Positions 50,091 to 61,662 of a stretch of 61,662 nucleotides of DNA are shown in pieces. This stretch comes from Paraphysomonas bandaiensis (Eukaryota; Protista; Chrysophyceae): contig CBFFRP010000121.1 of assembly GCA_965644295.1 (NCBI GenBank), positions 1 through 61,662 of the forward strand, given 5' to 3'. The position numbers and the translations under genes are program-made. Positions within the stretch are counted from its first letter, which is position 1; each line of letters begins with the position of its first letter. The notes under the pieces are model-generated. The model saw nothing but the letters and a program-made list of their open reading frames with translations. It was not told where the DNA came from and did no database searches.

Positions 50091-53000
50091 CTAATCGACA
50101 TATATAGCTAACCATTTATGTAGTTGATGTATACTGAGCGTATGCACAAACTGATCAATATTAGCGGCAAAATAACTAAAAGAAAATCTCGACTGTTTTA
50201 TGACTTCTTCCGAGGTAACAGCAGAATTGCGGCGTCGCTGTATCACCGCAATGCCTCTAAAAATACACGGAACATCATTGAGCAGTAGGAAAAGAGAAAT
50301 TAAAACTCACCCATCAAAATCTGCCATGCTTAATTCAAAATCAGGAAGAGTCTTGGCATATAAAAGAATCTGCTATAATATTACCTACAGTGCAACATGA
50401 ACTATTTTTATCGTACCTTCCAAATGTCACCAGTCCAGTATATCGAACGAGAACCCTCATAATTGAATGACTCGTGTATATACATTGGTCTCGTATTACG
50501 CACAAGAGCAGCACCTTTGTGAGACAAATAAGGTAATACAGTCTGTAGACTTGACCACGCTTCATCAAATGAAAGCATATCGTGTAATATAATAATATCA
50601 AACGAATTGGAATTAATCTCATTCAATTGGTCAATAAGGTAATCCTCATTTCGAATATCCCAATTCACGTTACCAGAGCGGTTGGTATGAATGCAGTATC
50701 TCGGAAACTTCTCATCGATAAAATCAAACTGATATGTTGAGCAACCAATCTGCAGGATGGATCCTAAAAAAATCGTGACATCTTAATCTTACAGTGCCAA
50801 GCAGTAAAGCACGGCATTCACTCCACAACAATACAATAGAATATAAATAGGTATGAAAGAATTCACTGCAACACATAATATCGTGTTCTGGAATAACTCT
50901 TATCATATATATTGCGCATAATGTACCTGCATAATTATATCTTCGCCACAGATACCCAAGAAGTATTTGTCCATTAATATGTGTGTCGCAGAATGACGAC
51001 GAGTTTACTGTCCTTGACATAGCAGTGGGTGAAAGCGGCCTTGCTCGGAATATAGAAGTGTATTTCGTGTGACTACACGCGCATTCCGCCCACATTAAGG
51101 CTCTCTCCGGGCTGGACTGAGCGAAATCTAGATGAGAAACACAATCACGAGGGTATTCCGAAGAGAGGGGCGAGCCACATGTGTTGCTGAGTGAGGACGA
51201 CCATGCATGAACTGTAAACAGTAGTTATATATCAATAACTTTACATCAACGTTATTCTGCTTCCATCAGATAATTATTAGGTGTACAGCATACCTGCTAA
51301 ATTATTGAGCGCATCAGTGAGAAACTTCAACGAGGATGAGATCGCATCGCCGTTTCCCATCATTACGGTGTCAGTAAGTTGGTCACGAATCATATACTCA
51401 ACTGCATGTTTTTCTACTCACAAAGTATTACTTTCAAAAATATGTCTACAGTTTGTAACAACAGCTTAGACACTTGTAATGCTATATACCACAGCGCGAG
51501 AATATAACACATACTGTAACTGCACAAATCGAGAGTACAAACCTATATCTCTCCGAAGGGCTGGGTCTCTCAGCAACGCAAGCGCTGTTTGTGGCAAGGC
51601 TGCTGTGTCAGCAAAAATCACTAGGCCGCTCAAATGTTCCTCGTCAGATACACATCCAGATCGCTAAATAAAGTAGTTAATACTACAACGTCCGAAGTAA
51701 ACACACAGGACTTTTCGTCTGGTAATACTATGGACAATGTGCTCCTTCATGCGTACCTCGCTCAATACTACTTTTCCTCTAGCCATTAGTCCCTTGATCC
51801 TGTGCCAGTTGACTGGTGTTGTGAAGGTCTCTATCGAGTGAGGGTCTGTGCAATATGAAGGGTGGGTACTGATATCTTCGGCTGAAGGAGGCCAAGGAAA
51901 ATTAGCAATATTGAGGACTATCTGCACCAGAATAACTTTCAGTATGCGTGTATAATTCATGAGTACCACATACAAAAATGGGTGCTCTGCCCTCACACTA
52001 CAAACGACACACGACACAGCATACCTTCGCCTGGTCAATAATGCTGTCTCGTTTGCTGCCGAAGAGCTGGTAGCCCATATGAAACTCCACCCTCAAATTA
52101 TGTTCATTTGCCAACTCTGCGAACGCATTCCATATTTCCAAACGATGATCATTGCTTGATCCGTAAAAGAGGATGTCGATGGGTTGGCCTATGTCAGCTA
52201 AACGAGATTGCGATGCTACAATATCTTCAGAAAACCAAGTTAGCTAGAAAATAGCGTACTACAAAAACTTACACCTTGAAATCTAAGTAATGCTCGACTA
52301 GAAAGAATAATGTTATTCGGAACAAATCCGGGCACTAAGTTAAGGTCAGTCTTCATCGTACTTCTACTACTGGCAGATGATGGATCACGCCACCGTCTCA
52401 TGTTACTGTGTATGGACTCCCAGTAAGCGAAAGCATCCACGACGTAAGAACGGTCATAACAGGCTTCTTCTCGGCCACAGGAGTCAAATATGAAACCAAT
52501 TTCTCCACCCTCTTTCGAAACCGTTGGATTCTTTTCAAAGTTCCATATTACGTATCTAGCCTTCACAGGAACACCCAAAGGACCTCCAACTGGCTTCACA
52601 ACAATGTCCTCATCTGTGAGTCCCAGATGAGACACAATCGAATGGGGTACTCTAAGAGTGGTAAGTGCATCTGATATACCGATGAGGGTCTCACCATACG
52701 TATTATACACCTGATCGAAGTTATATAGGTACAAGTACTTAGTTTGTGGCCATCGGGTACAAAACTCTCCGGTGGCAGGTAAAGGCAACAAAGACGGATT
52801 AAGGAAATTACTAGGGAAATGCTGGTATGATAATGACAAGATATATTCCACATCATCCAGAAAACGTTCTTGTGACAGAATTGTAGAGCCCCGATGCGAA
52901 TCCGGCAGATGCGTCTGAAGAGTGTAATATAAGGAATGAAGTGTCATGTTGCCATTCAGGTGTGATGCAATTATCTTTCGAACTGGAGACAGATGCTTGC

Positions 53001-53511
53001 GCGTATCCGGACTTATTTCAACGGCAGGAAACATCACATCATTTATGGAGTACAGATGTTCATACAAATGACTATCTACACCTTCAAGTGGTATCATATA
53101 GTGGGGATTATAATTATAAGCTAACTCTGCGTAAAAAGCCGAACGCAGAAAACTTCCTGTTTCATAATAAACAGATGCCAAGCACATACTAGCATCTGTA
53201 AAGTGTGGCGATATCTCTAATGATCTAATTGCATATTTATAAGCATAATACAAGTCACCGAGTGCAATAAAAGATGAACATAAATATAGAGCTGCAACAT
53301 CTCTATATTCATTAAATTCAGTTGCACACATGAGATCATACATATCTTCTAATGTACGAGTAGGAGTTATTTCTACTTTATCAATGATTTGTATAGCCTT
53401 TTCTTGTGTACATTGAATAGATGAGATATAACTCTCGTTGTTCTTTAGTATATAAGCATAAGCATTTAGATAGATACTGATAAATAGAAACCATGATAGC
53501 CTTAGAAACAT
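50091..53511 (-). CDS. Signal-peptide protein with TPR-like, glycosyltransferase-like and degenerate class I methyltransferase-like domains, multi-exon
   Basis: MFLRLSWFLFISIYLNAYA signal; TPR-like AIRSLEISPHFTDASMCLA; VLNI...HRIKGLMARGKVVLSE; FDIIIL...WTGDIWKV. Exon model approximate. Confidence 0.6.
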
Positions 53512-53616
53512 ATTTCTTATATGATAAATTAAAGTATTAGAAGATTCATGGAATGTGATGGAGTGGAACAAGCAGATAGATGTATGATATGGTGATAGTA
53601 CAGCATATGGACAACA

Positions 53617-53755
53617 TATCGGCATCCTTTGTATATTTTTGTTCCAAGATGCCTCTAATATTGAGACAACAATTATGTGTATTCCAGCCGTAGTTGTATA
53701 TCAATACTATAGAAGAGCTTTGCTTCAATTTATTCCCGAAAATTATGACGCATAC
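53617..53755 (+). repeat. Second copy of the 139-bp duplicated segment
   Basis: Translates IGILCIFLFQDASNIETTIMCI...LLQFIPENYDAY. Confidence 0.75.
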
Positions 53756-54062
53756 GCCCAACATGGTACTATATATGCCACACATATATACAATAATACA
53801 ATACACACCCATACCATGTATGTACATATACATGATCTCACAAGTACACAATCACAAGTACAGCAGTACACAAACTTAAAAACTTGGTTTTTTTACGGAA
53901 CTAAAAAGTTACGTGATTCTGTCAGGTTGACTGTTTGTATATGTATGTATGTACGTACATGTATGTATGGTATAGATAGCTAAATATTCATGTACTTGAA
54001 TGAATTGCTATATCGCCATTCCATTCTTACTTATCAGTGATATTTGTACGATCTATATAGCC

Positions 54063-55003
54063 ATGAAGAACCCATGGGACTATGCATCTTTTATAATAGT
54101 GATGTTATTGGTTCTAGGGGTATGTATATTATCTAGTTTTGAAGGACGGGAGGTCGATTTCTCTAAGAAGGGGAAAGATTTTCGATCAGGTTCCCACCAG
54201 CGTAGAGTTTTTTATTTTGCAGTATTTTTTGCTACTCTTTACAAATTCATATGTATGGTATTGGAAGTATCAGTATATTCAAATTCTAGCTGTGGCGAGA
54301 GTCACTTGTGTTCATTTGTAAGGTTCTCTCCTGATGTTGCCTTTATAGCAGCATACACAGTCATGATCTCTTTTTGGATACAGGTACAGACACTGATTCT
54401 TGTCCTATATGTAGTGACCGCCTATTTCTTTACTCAGTTGGGGTACGACATATCTGGTGCTCCGTCTAATGTTGCTAAAAATTTAATATCTATTGGAATT
54501 CCTGTGCTATTCGTACTGTTCATTCTGCTAATGCTTCTCCACCCAAAGAATGAACCCAATCTCACACTTTTTATTTTTTTGGGTCTGGTGCATATTCTTT
54601 TCTTTGGACTGGTTGTTATGTCCGGTGTGTTAACGGCGAGACATATTGCCTCCACGGCGACTATGGGCCAGCGTGTCTTGAATCGAATTGGCGCGCTTTG
54701 TGTCATTTGCTGCTACTCCTCTATAATGGGAGCAGTATTATATCTCTTCGTTATGCAATTATTATGGTATACCAGGCACTATATTACTCTATACTTCTTT
54801 ACTTCTTTGTTAGGACGGCAGGGTATCCCCACCAGCGTCTGTTCCTATTCGACGGTATCGTGGTATTTCTTAAAGATGTTATACCCATATTTTTGATCCT
54901 ACATTTCACATCTAAACGAGGGTCTTCGCAAAGCCAGCTTCCTCGTTATTTATCTCTCAGCTCTAGTAATAACACTCCTTATATTAGAATCAGTGAAGGG
55001 TAG
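54063..55003 (+). CDS. Multi-pass membrane protein, THH1/TOM1/TOM3 (GPR137)-like, with introns
   Basis: ~7 hydrophobic segments; HQRRVFY and PDVAFIAAYTVMISFWIQ resemble TOM1-family motifs. Confidence 0.6.
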
Positions 55004-55345
55004 TAGTTGTAATTTAGTGGAATTTTGTCTATATCTAGAATTTGGCGTGGCTTCTGTTACTTAGTAACAGTTTGTGTCGCATGTATGATAGTATTACTAA
55101 TAAAGATTTTTAATAATACAACAGTTATTTATGTCATAGAGTTTTTTAAGTGCTGTTTGTTTCTGCTGGGTTCAATAATATATCTTGCTTGTAGCATACT
55201 TTTAAGTCTTTTAAGGGTAGTATGTGGTGATTGTATCTTAGCTCCGTACATGGCACTCTAATACCGAATTAACACAACAATACTGTTGTTGGGTGGTGCT
55301 TACTCTGGTTAAACGCACTCACCTCGTTTCGAAGTCTCATAGTAC

Positions 55346-55711
55346 GATATATATTGTGTAGTTGAAGTGAGTTAATAGTGTGGAATAGGTTAAGTCAACT
55401 CGTAGGTGTAACGGGTAATTATGAATACAAATGAATTAAAATCAGTTACTGATGTGTGACCATACAAGATATAAGAGCGGATGCTTGACTTCAGTAGGCA
55501 GCCCAATACCCCGGATGTCTTCTTGAGGTGGGCCTATTCCCAGATACCTGTTTATTCGTCAGGGCCCAAAGACGTCTACACAAGTGACACTTATAGTAGT
55601 ACCACACAAGCATACCGCTATGTATGGGTAGTGGGCAGAAACAATATCTGCTGACTATATATGTGGCTCATGTTAGTTCCTCAGAGAAGTATATCCGGTA
55701 CTTATCACACA
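55346..55711. repeat. Composite of repeat family B (55346-55476) and family A (55478-55711)
   Basis: Matches the reverse complement of 5045-5180, and 23326-23582. Confidence 0.75.
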
Positions 55712-55921
55712 TGGAAGATATTTTCACGGATCATTTGGAAGCTAAGAAGAAATAATTGACAATTTAATAGTTGTGTTATATTTAACTTCCAACTGAAATT
55801 TTAGTCTACTACGTTCCTTAGTATCTTGTCTTTCAACTCTCTCCCGATTCAACTAGCAATACGGTAAATAACAAAGAGCTGATAGATGTATACCACTCAA
55901 AAGGAATTAAACTAAAGTTAG

Positions 55922-56956
55922 TTACACCTCCAAAGCAGTGAATCTGCTTACAGGCATACCATAAGATACAGCCACCTGAATGCAAGCAAAGCACTTGTCT
56001 ACAGAGAACACATCTTTATCAAGAACCTGTTTATCGGAAATGGCAACCCTAAGACTGCTCTCCATATCAATCCATACAGGTTTCCCTTCGCAGCTGTCAA
56101 TAACCATTTCAAGCACATTTGCAATTGTGTTTGGACCAATTCCTCCGGCATAACCGCACAGTACATCTGGGTTCGTAAGAGGAGGTTGGAGACTAGTCGG
56201 GAAAATACCCTTTCCACACGACGCATCGAAAAGCACGCTAACATTAGAAGGTACATCACCATCTGCGGTAAGCAGACCCCAAAGTTGTCGAGTTTCGTCA
56301 TTCAGCTGAAATATCCACTCGACTTCAGGAACATTTTCGATAGCAGTACGTAGGCCGTGTGCGTACTCTGGAAGCCTTGCTGTGTCCATATCAACTGCAT
56401 TTGCTGTGGTTGCATTAACCTGAACCCTAGAAAATCCAAGTTTATGAAGCTCAGCAACGAAGCTGTAATCTCCCCCGAGAACCTATGTTGGTAAGTTACG
56501 CCGTAAAACTCAGCACTCTTATCCTACCTCCTGGCACCTGCTCCCGCACAAGTGTCCCGCCAGACGCATAATACCACCATTCTCTTTGTTCACTTGGGCT
56601 AGCCTTTGTACCCAGCTCCACGACGGATAACGAGGAGAGTTTTCCAGGTCTGAAACAGGTGCATTATAACAACACTCCATATCTACTCTATGGACACACC
56701 TGGTCTGAATAAGATTCCCCACTCCACCCATGAATACTTCGTTGAAACTAACTGTAAAAGCGCGGGGTCAACACTGAAATAACATGAAAAAATAAACAGA
56801 AGAATTGTTAGGAGGGGTATATACATAGTGCATGCGTTGTGTTTATACATGATCTTATATACATATAGAGATAACTGACCTATCATCAGCCCCACAGAAA
56901 CCAATCACACGCAAGTTTAATGACTTAGAATCTGTTGATGATTGAAATTCAGTCAT
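55922..56956 (-). CDS. TrpF/PRAI-like TIM-barrel protein of an uncharacterised family, multi-exon
   Basis: GFCGADDSV, VEWGILF, PRYPS, LAGHLCG, RVQVN, LFDASCGKG, GYAGGIGP, WIDMESSLR. Confidence 0.7.
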
Positions 56957-57404
56957 AGTTTAAGATATAAGCCACTGAGTTGATGAGAGGGTTCGTTTAT
57001 ATAATTCTGTGTGATATGCTACACATAATTGAGGTGACTGTGAGAGTTAGCATTAACATCCTCTATACCGTCCATGTATACCTGTATACAGCAGTATCAC
57101 CAAAAGTACGTGGTTTCTTACTACAGCAGTATATGTGTATGTGCGTATTTCACCATAGTATAGTACATACTCATGTATACCTGGGTATACCAGATAGTAT
57201 ACTGCCGTATATACGATATGTACAATGTACACACTCCTCTTAACACTCTGTCTATAACATCAAACACACATCATATCAGAACAGTGATAATCGAGTGCAT
57301 CCCTGAACACTCATCTACTTTATCTGCTGGGCAACCATGCGTGTATGATCTTGGAATTCGCAAAGGTCTGTTTGGCACTATTAATTCTATCATTCAAATC
57401 AATT

Positions 57405-58115
57405 ATGAGATCTACCTATCGAGTTTTTTCACTTTGTCGAAGAAATTTCTCGTCGATGTCTCAGAAGAGCGTCGTTAACATACAGGCAATGTATGATGCC
57501 ATGTCAAGATGCAGTGATGTATCAGTTTCTGCCCGTAATCCTCTCATGTGTAAAGATGTTCAGTCTTGTCTTGATGCCATGAACAAGGTGTCCCTTCACG
57601 AGATCGGTCTTAGCGAGGACGATGTCCCTTTCCTGAAGGATAATATGTGTATGGATATATTCTCATCTTCCAACTTTAATATCGCGGTATTTATTATACC
57701 GTCTGGTCACAAACTTCCACTGCATGATCATCCTGGAATGGCTGTCTTATCGAAGCTTATATGCGGTCGGATGCGGTACACGTCGTTTTCTCCATGTAAT
57801 AGTCAAGAGCGGCGTACTCGTGATACCCTCTATCAGTACTCGAGTATATCTAAATCAGAGCAGGACCCGGCATGGTTCTTGACCCCTCAGGAAGGTAATT
57901 TTCACGAAATTGAAGCTGAGGAGACTTGCGTAATGCTAGACGTTCTGTTTCCGCCGTATGAGCCTCCTCAACGAGAGTGTACATACTATCGAGCGGTACA
58001 ACAGCATTCTGGATTGTGGAGACTTGAAACCACAGAGGAGCCAGATGGACTTCCGTATGCGGTGCAGTATCCAGGCTATAAGCCCGTGAGGTCCGCTGTG
58101 GGCTCTTACAATTAG
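57405..58115 (+). CDS. ADO: Cysteamine dioxygenase / plant cysteine oxidase (PCO_ADO cupin)
   Basis: LPLHDHPGMAVLSKL, GNFHEI, LDVLFPPY, RECTYY. Confidence 0.88.
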   Translation: MRSTYRVFSLCRRNFSSMSQKSVVNIQAMYDAMSRCSDVSVSARNPLMCKDVQSCLDAMNKVSLHEIGLSEDDVPFLKDNMCMDIFSSSNFNIAVFIIPSGHKLPLHDHPGMAVLSKLICGRMRYTSFSPCNSQERRTRDTLYQYSSISKSEQDPAWFLTPQEGNFHEIEAEETCVMLDVLFPPYEPPQRECTYYRAVQQHSGLWRLETTEEPDGLPYAVQYPGYKPVRSAVGSYN

Positions 58116-58895
58116 AAAAGCTGGTAAACTCGAGGCAGTTGACGGATATATATTACTACAGCGTAGGTTGAATAGTTAAGATAAAATATTAGATATTTTG
58201 AAATTCTCATATCGTATTACTTCAGTACTTACCTACAGCAGAAATGGAGACTGCGTGTGTGAAATTTCTTCTGTCACCAATATCCTGGCAGCTACCTTGA
58301 AATATATGCAGACTCTAGCAATGTCGTTTTATTTTTGTACGTGCTCCTTTTTGTGATAGCTTCAGTCTGTTTTCGAGGGGACATACGATTTGTTTAGTAC
58401 CTTGAACCTCTATCCCCACACCCCACATGCAAGCAAAGCAGTAACTAGTTAATGTCACTGTATCATTCAATGTAGAGAGCTTTGAATACTATAAAGGTTA
58501 CGATTACTAGTCCCCTTATATCGTTTGCCAATTACTTCACAGTTGCACAAATAAGATTGTAGTAGTATTGTATATTACGATCCCAGCTAAAATTAAGAAA
58601 TCACTTCAACAACCCAGGTTTCTAGCTATTTTTCAGAGTCATGTGGGACAAAAAAATAATGAGTTGTCGTAATTATAACAGCAATTGATTGTTATTCATG
58701 TTATCATTGTGTATGTCCATATCCCGAGATATACATTTCCATCCGACACCATTTCAAACTATTTACCAAGCTAACACACTCTTCTCTGAAACTCAAGCAA
58801 TCCTCCAACACCGCCAGTCTAACATACCACTACAATATACGACCACGCAGCCCCATTACATATATATCATGAATGTCGATAACATATATACGCAA

Positions 58896-59552
58896 TTAAT
58901 AGAAGTTATCCCCGGTAGTCACATGGCTGAACCTGCATGTGTCTCCACGGTCACATTCTCCACGCTGAAACGCATAGCATGCGCCGCGGGAGCCACCTCT
59001 GCCAGCATTCTCTGGAACTTCACCAAACTCATGTGTGAATCGGCAGGAATCGCCACGGTCACACTCTCCTCTCTGGTAAGCGTAGCAGATGCCAGCAGAT
59101 TTGCGTGGGCCGCCGTAGCCACCGTCATTACCACCTTCTTCATCATGGCTGAACTTGCAAGAAGACCCGCGATCACACTCGCCTCTTTGGAAAGCATAGC
59201 AAGCACCTCTAGAGCGCGAGTTGTTGTAGCCGCTGAATCCACTGCCACCCTCATGGCTGAAGCGACAAGAGTCACCTCTGGTGCACTCTCCTTTCTGGAA
59301 AGCATAGCAAGCACCTGCGCTTCTGTTTCGCGAGTAACCAGAGAACCCGTTGCCCTCATCGGCTCCCTCCTCATGGCTGAATCGGCAAGAATCGCCACGG
59401 TCGCATTCACCCCTCTGGAAAGCATAGCAAGCTCCACGGCTTCCACCTCTGCGTCCACCAAAGTCACCTGAGGCTCCCTCCTCATGACTAAAACGGCAAG
59501 AATCACCGCGCTCACACTCACCCCTCTGAAAAGCGTAACAAACCCCAGACAT
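58896..59552 (-). CDS. Six-repeat CCCH zinc-finger RNA-binding protein with RGG/Gly-rich linkers
   Basis: Six CYA(F/Y)Q(R/K)GECxRGxxC(R/K)FxH (C-x7-C-x5-C-x3-H) repeats. Confidence 0.92.
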   Translation of the reverse strand: MSGVCYAFQRGECERGDSCRFSHEEGASGDFGGRRGGSRGACYAFQRGECDRGDSCRFSHEEGADEGNGFSGYSRNRSAGACYAFQKGECTRGDSCRFSHEGGSGFSGYNNSRSRGACYAFQRGECDRGSSCKFSHDEEGGNDGGYGGPRKSAGICYAYQRGECDRGDSCRFTHEFGEVPENAGRGGSRGACYAFQRGECDRGDTCRFSHVTTGDNFY

Positions 59553-60077
59553 GATTGATATTTTCTTCGTGTTGATATAATGAAGTAAGTAGTGGTGACT
59601 AGATCATGTATTCAGTCCACTCCAATAAAAAAGGAGTGGTTGAGGGACAAAATCTTCAAACGACACTTTAGGATATTCTTTCAGTTTCACTCAAACTTTA
59701 CTTACAACTTGATTTCTATTAAATAAAGGTTTTTTGAAGACCAATATCTAAAAATATCTGGAAATCCAGGAAATATTACCATTGATATTTGTTGAGTTCA
59801 GCTGAAAACCCTGTATATAATAAAGATTATATGAAAAATAGGTAAGAATGGACACATGTACATGTGGCAGTTACACTTTAAGTTTTTATATGTAACCACA
59901 ATACATACTACTGTATATACATATATATATATATGAGACTTCTACTTATGTATATGAGAACTCCAACACTGAGAATATGAGATTACAGCATTAATAATTC
60001 ATCCATTATGACAGTCAATAAGAATTATTCCTTATAAAGATTTGATTAAGTAGTTTGTGTGAAAACAAATATCAATA

Positions 60078-61351
60078 ATGAACGAATCAAGGGAATATTC
60101 AGAGGATGAAGAGAGGTGTGTGTATATGACTCTGTGTTTCCTTTACATTCTACTCACTTTATATATCTTATATTAGAGTTTTAAAAACACTTTTTGATTC
60201 ATGTGATGAAGAAAAAGTTGGAAGTATTCATGTTAATCAATTGCCTGGTCTTTTGGTGAAAATAGGGAAAGATGAGGGTAGGAGACTGGAGCGTAGATTG
60301 CTTGTTACTAACAGTTTCATATAGGAGATGTCCTTAAAATAGTCGGGAAATGCTCTAATGTTGCTGAAGAAAATGGTGGAATGGTGTCATATGAGCAATT
60401 TCGTGAAGCTGTGAAGAGTTTTGAGAAAGAAAGCGAAGTTCCCGCTGAAGGCCCTGACCCTAAAGTTGTGGAATTCATGCGCATTCTAGAAGAGTATCGT
60501 GTTAAATGTGAAGAGGAAGGAAATTATTTGGAGGCAGGGAGAGCTCATAAACAACTTGATATATTGAGAACACAAGAAGAAAAACGACAGCAGAAGGCCA
60601 TCAGAGTTCGTCAAATTACTGAGCGGCAAGACGTGCAGGTGTGTGGGTGAGCAAACTCCAGTATAATTATTGTAACAGTTTGTTTTCTATGAAGCTGGCC
60701 CATAATATGCAATTCAGCGAATTTAATGCTGCGTGGGATCGCTATATGGAGGAATATGACAACATGGCTCAAGTATATATTCAGCAAATGACTGAGCGTC
60801 ATGCCATCGTGTTATTGGAATATCAAAAACAGCTACGAGCTGAACTTGCTTCCAAACCTCCGAAATGGTCTAAGGAGTTGTTAGAGTGGCGTCGTCGTCA
60901 ACATATACTGGCTAGGTAATGTTATATAAGCTGCTTTCTACTGTGTAACACTTTTTTTAGGGGAAAGAAATATTCTGATGCCCAGAAACTGAAACGCATT
61001 GCCGACAAGGCCGAACAAAAAGAGAAGGAAGACATGGAGCAACAACAAGCTATTGTATTTGCCCGGCGTGAGGCGAAATATCGTCAGCAGCAACAAGCTG
61101 AGCTACAAGCGCTATTGAAGCGCATCGAAGCTCGCAGAAAAGAACATATAAAGCAGCGAAATTTGGACTCCAAGAGGCTTCTGCAACGAAACAGGAATGT
61201 TCAGGCCGTTTTGGAAACGAAACAGAATTGTGAGTCTCAGAGGCTTTTCAGTGACATAAAGAAGAACATGAAAACTATATCTTCGATTGGGGCAGGTGGT
61301 GGGTCAGTGGGAGGAGGAAGCTCGGCATCACAAGCTTCGTCGATGGTTTGA
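60078..61351 (+). CDS. EF-hand-like N-terminus plus conserved coiled-coil protein, multi-exon
   Basis: FDSCDEEKVGSIHVNQL, VSYEQF; CEEEGNYLEA, FNAAWD, PKWSKELL, RLLQRNRN; GT-AG introns. Confidence 0.75.
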
Positions 61352-61662
61352 TATATGTTTACTCAATGGTTCCTGATTGTTCAAAATGCGCCATATTATT
61401 GTAGGAATAACTTCATTTGAATTAAAAATCAAAAAAATATTTAATATATGCGGTGTATATGAAGGAACATATAGCCAGCAACATATGAAACCCAGCGTAA
61501 ACGAAGACAACATGCTTATGCTGTATGCTGTACTCTAAATTATAAATACTGGGGTGAATAGTTCGTAGTACCAAATCTATATATATAGCTCGCAAGTAGT
61601 ACTTCGTACTTCACAAAGTTCATCGGGTTGATTCTGTGCATATACATATGTATCAGTCACTG

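Noticed and set aside
58689-59521. Long antisense and alternate-frame ORFs over the CCCH gene
   Set aside because: Shadow frames of a repetitive coding sequence.
58920-59545. Regularly spaced repeats resembling a CRISPR array
   Set aside because: They are in-frame zinc-finger coding repeats in a eukaryotic gene; no cas genes.

Overview
Eukaryotic genomic DNA from an intron-rich protist, inferred to be a stramenopile from gene content and ~50-90 nt GT-AG introns. (1) 1-2586: AT-rich, intronless endogenous DNA-virus fragment (Polinton-like virus/virophage-like). It holds a frameshifted SF3/D5-type helicase, two small ORFs and a PolB-like ORF running off the window; three of these genes share a ~32-nt upstream motif. 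(2) About 16 host genes, mostly in head-to-head pairs: bacterial-type D-lactate dehydrogenase, XRN, UBE2J, two-pore K+ channel, ATG4, PH-Sec14, a ZPR1-domain/sirtuin fusion, MAK11/PAK1IP1, a TPR-GT-MTase protein, TOM1-like, a TrpF-like barrel, ADO/PCO, a 6xCCCH protein and an EF-hand coiled-coil protein. A solitary 5S rRNA gene lies among them. (3) 23583-37603: a recent nest of LTR retrotransposons. A Ty3/Gypsy chromovirus-like element sits in the RT/RNase H junction of an otherwise intact Ty1/Copia element, itself inserted in a dispersed repeat. The Gypsy element is the most unusual object: RT motif IFDN instead of YxDD, a CCCH finger in Gag, TG...TA LTR ends, a 4-bp TSD, no tRNA primer site, and an in-frame UGA before pol. 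All calls come from reading the sequence by eye; no database search was run.
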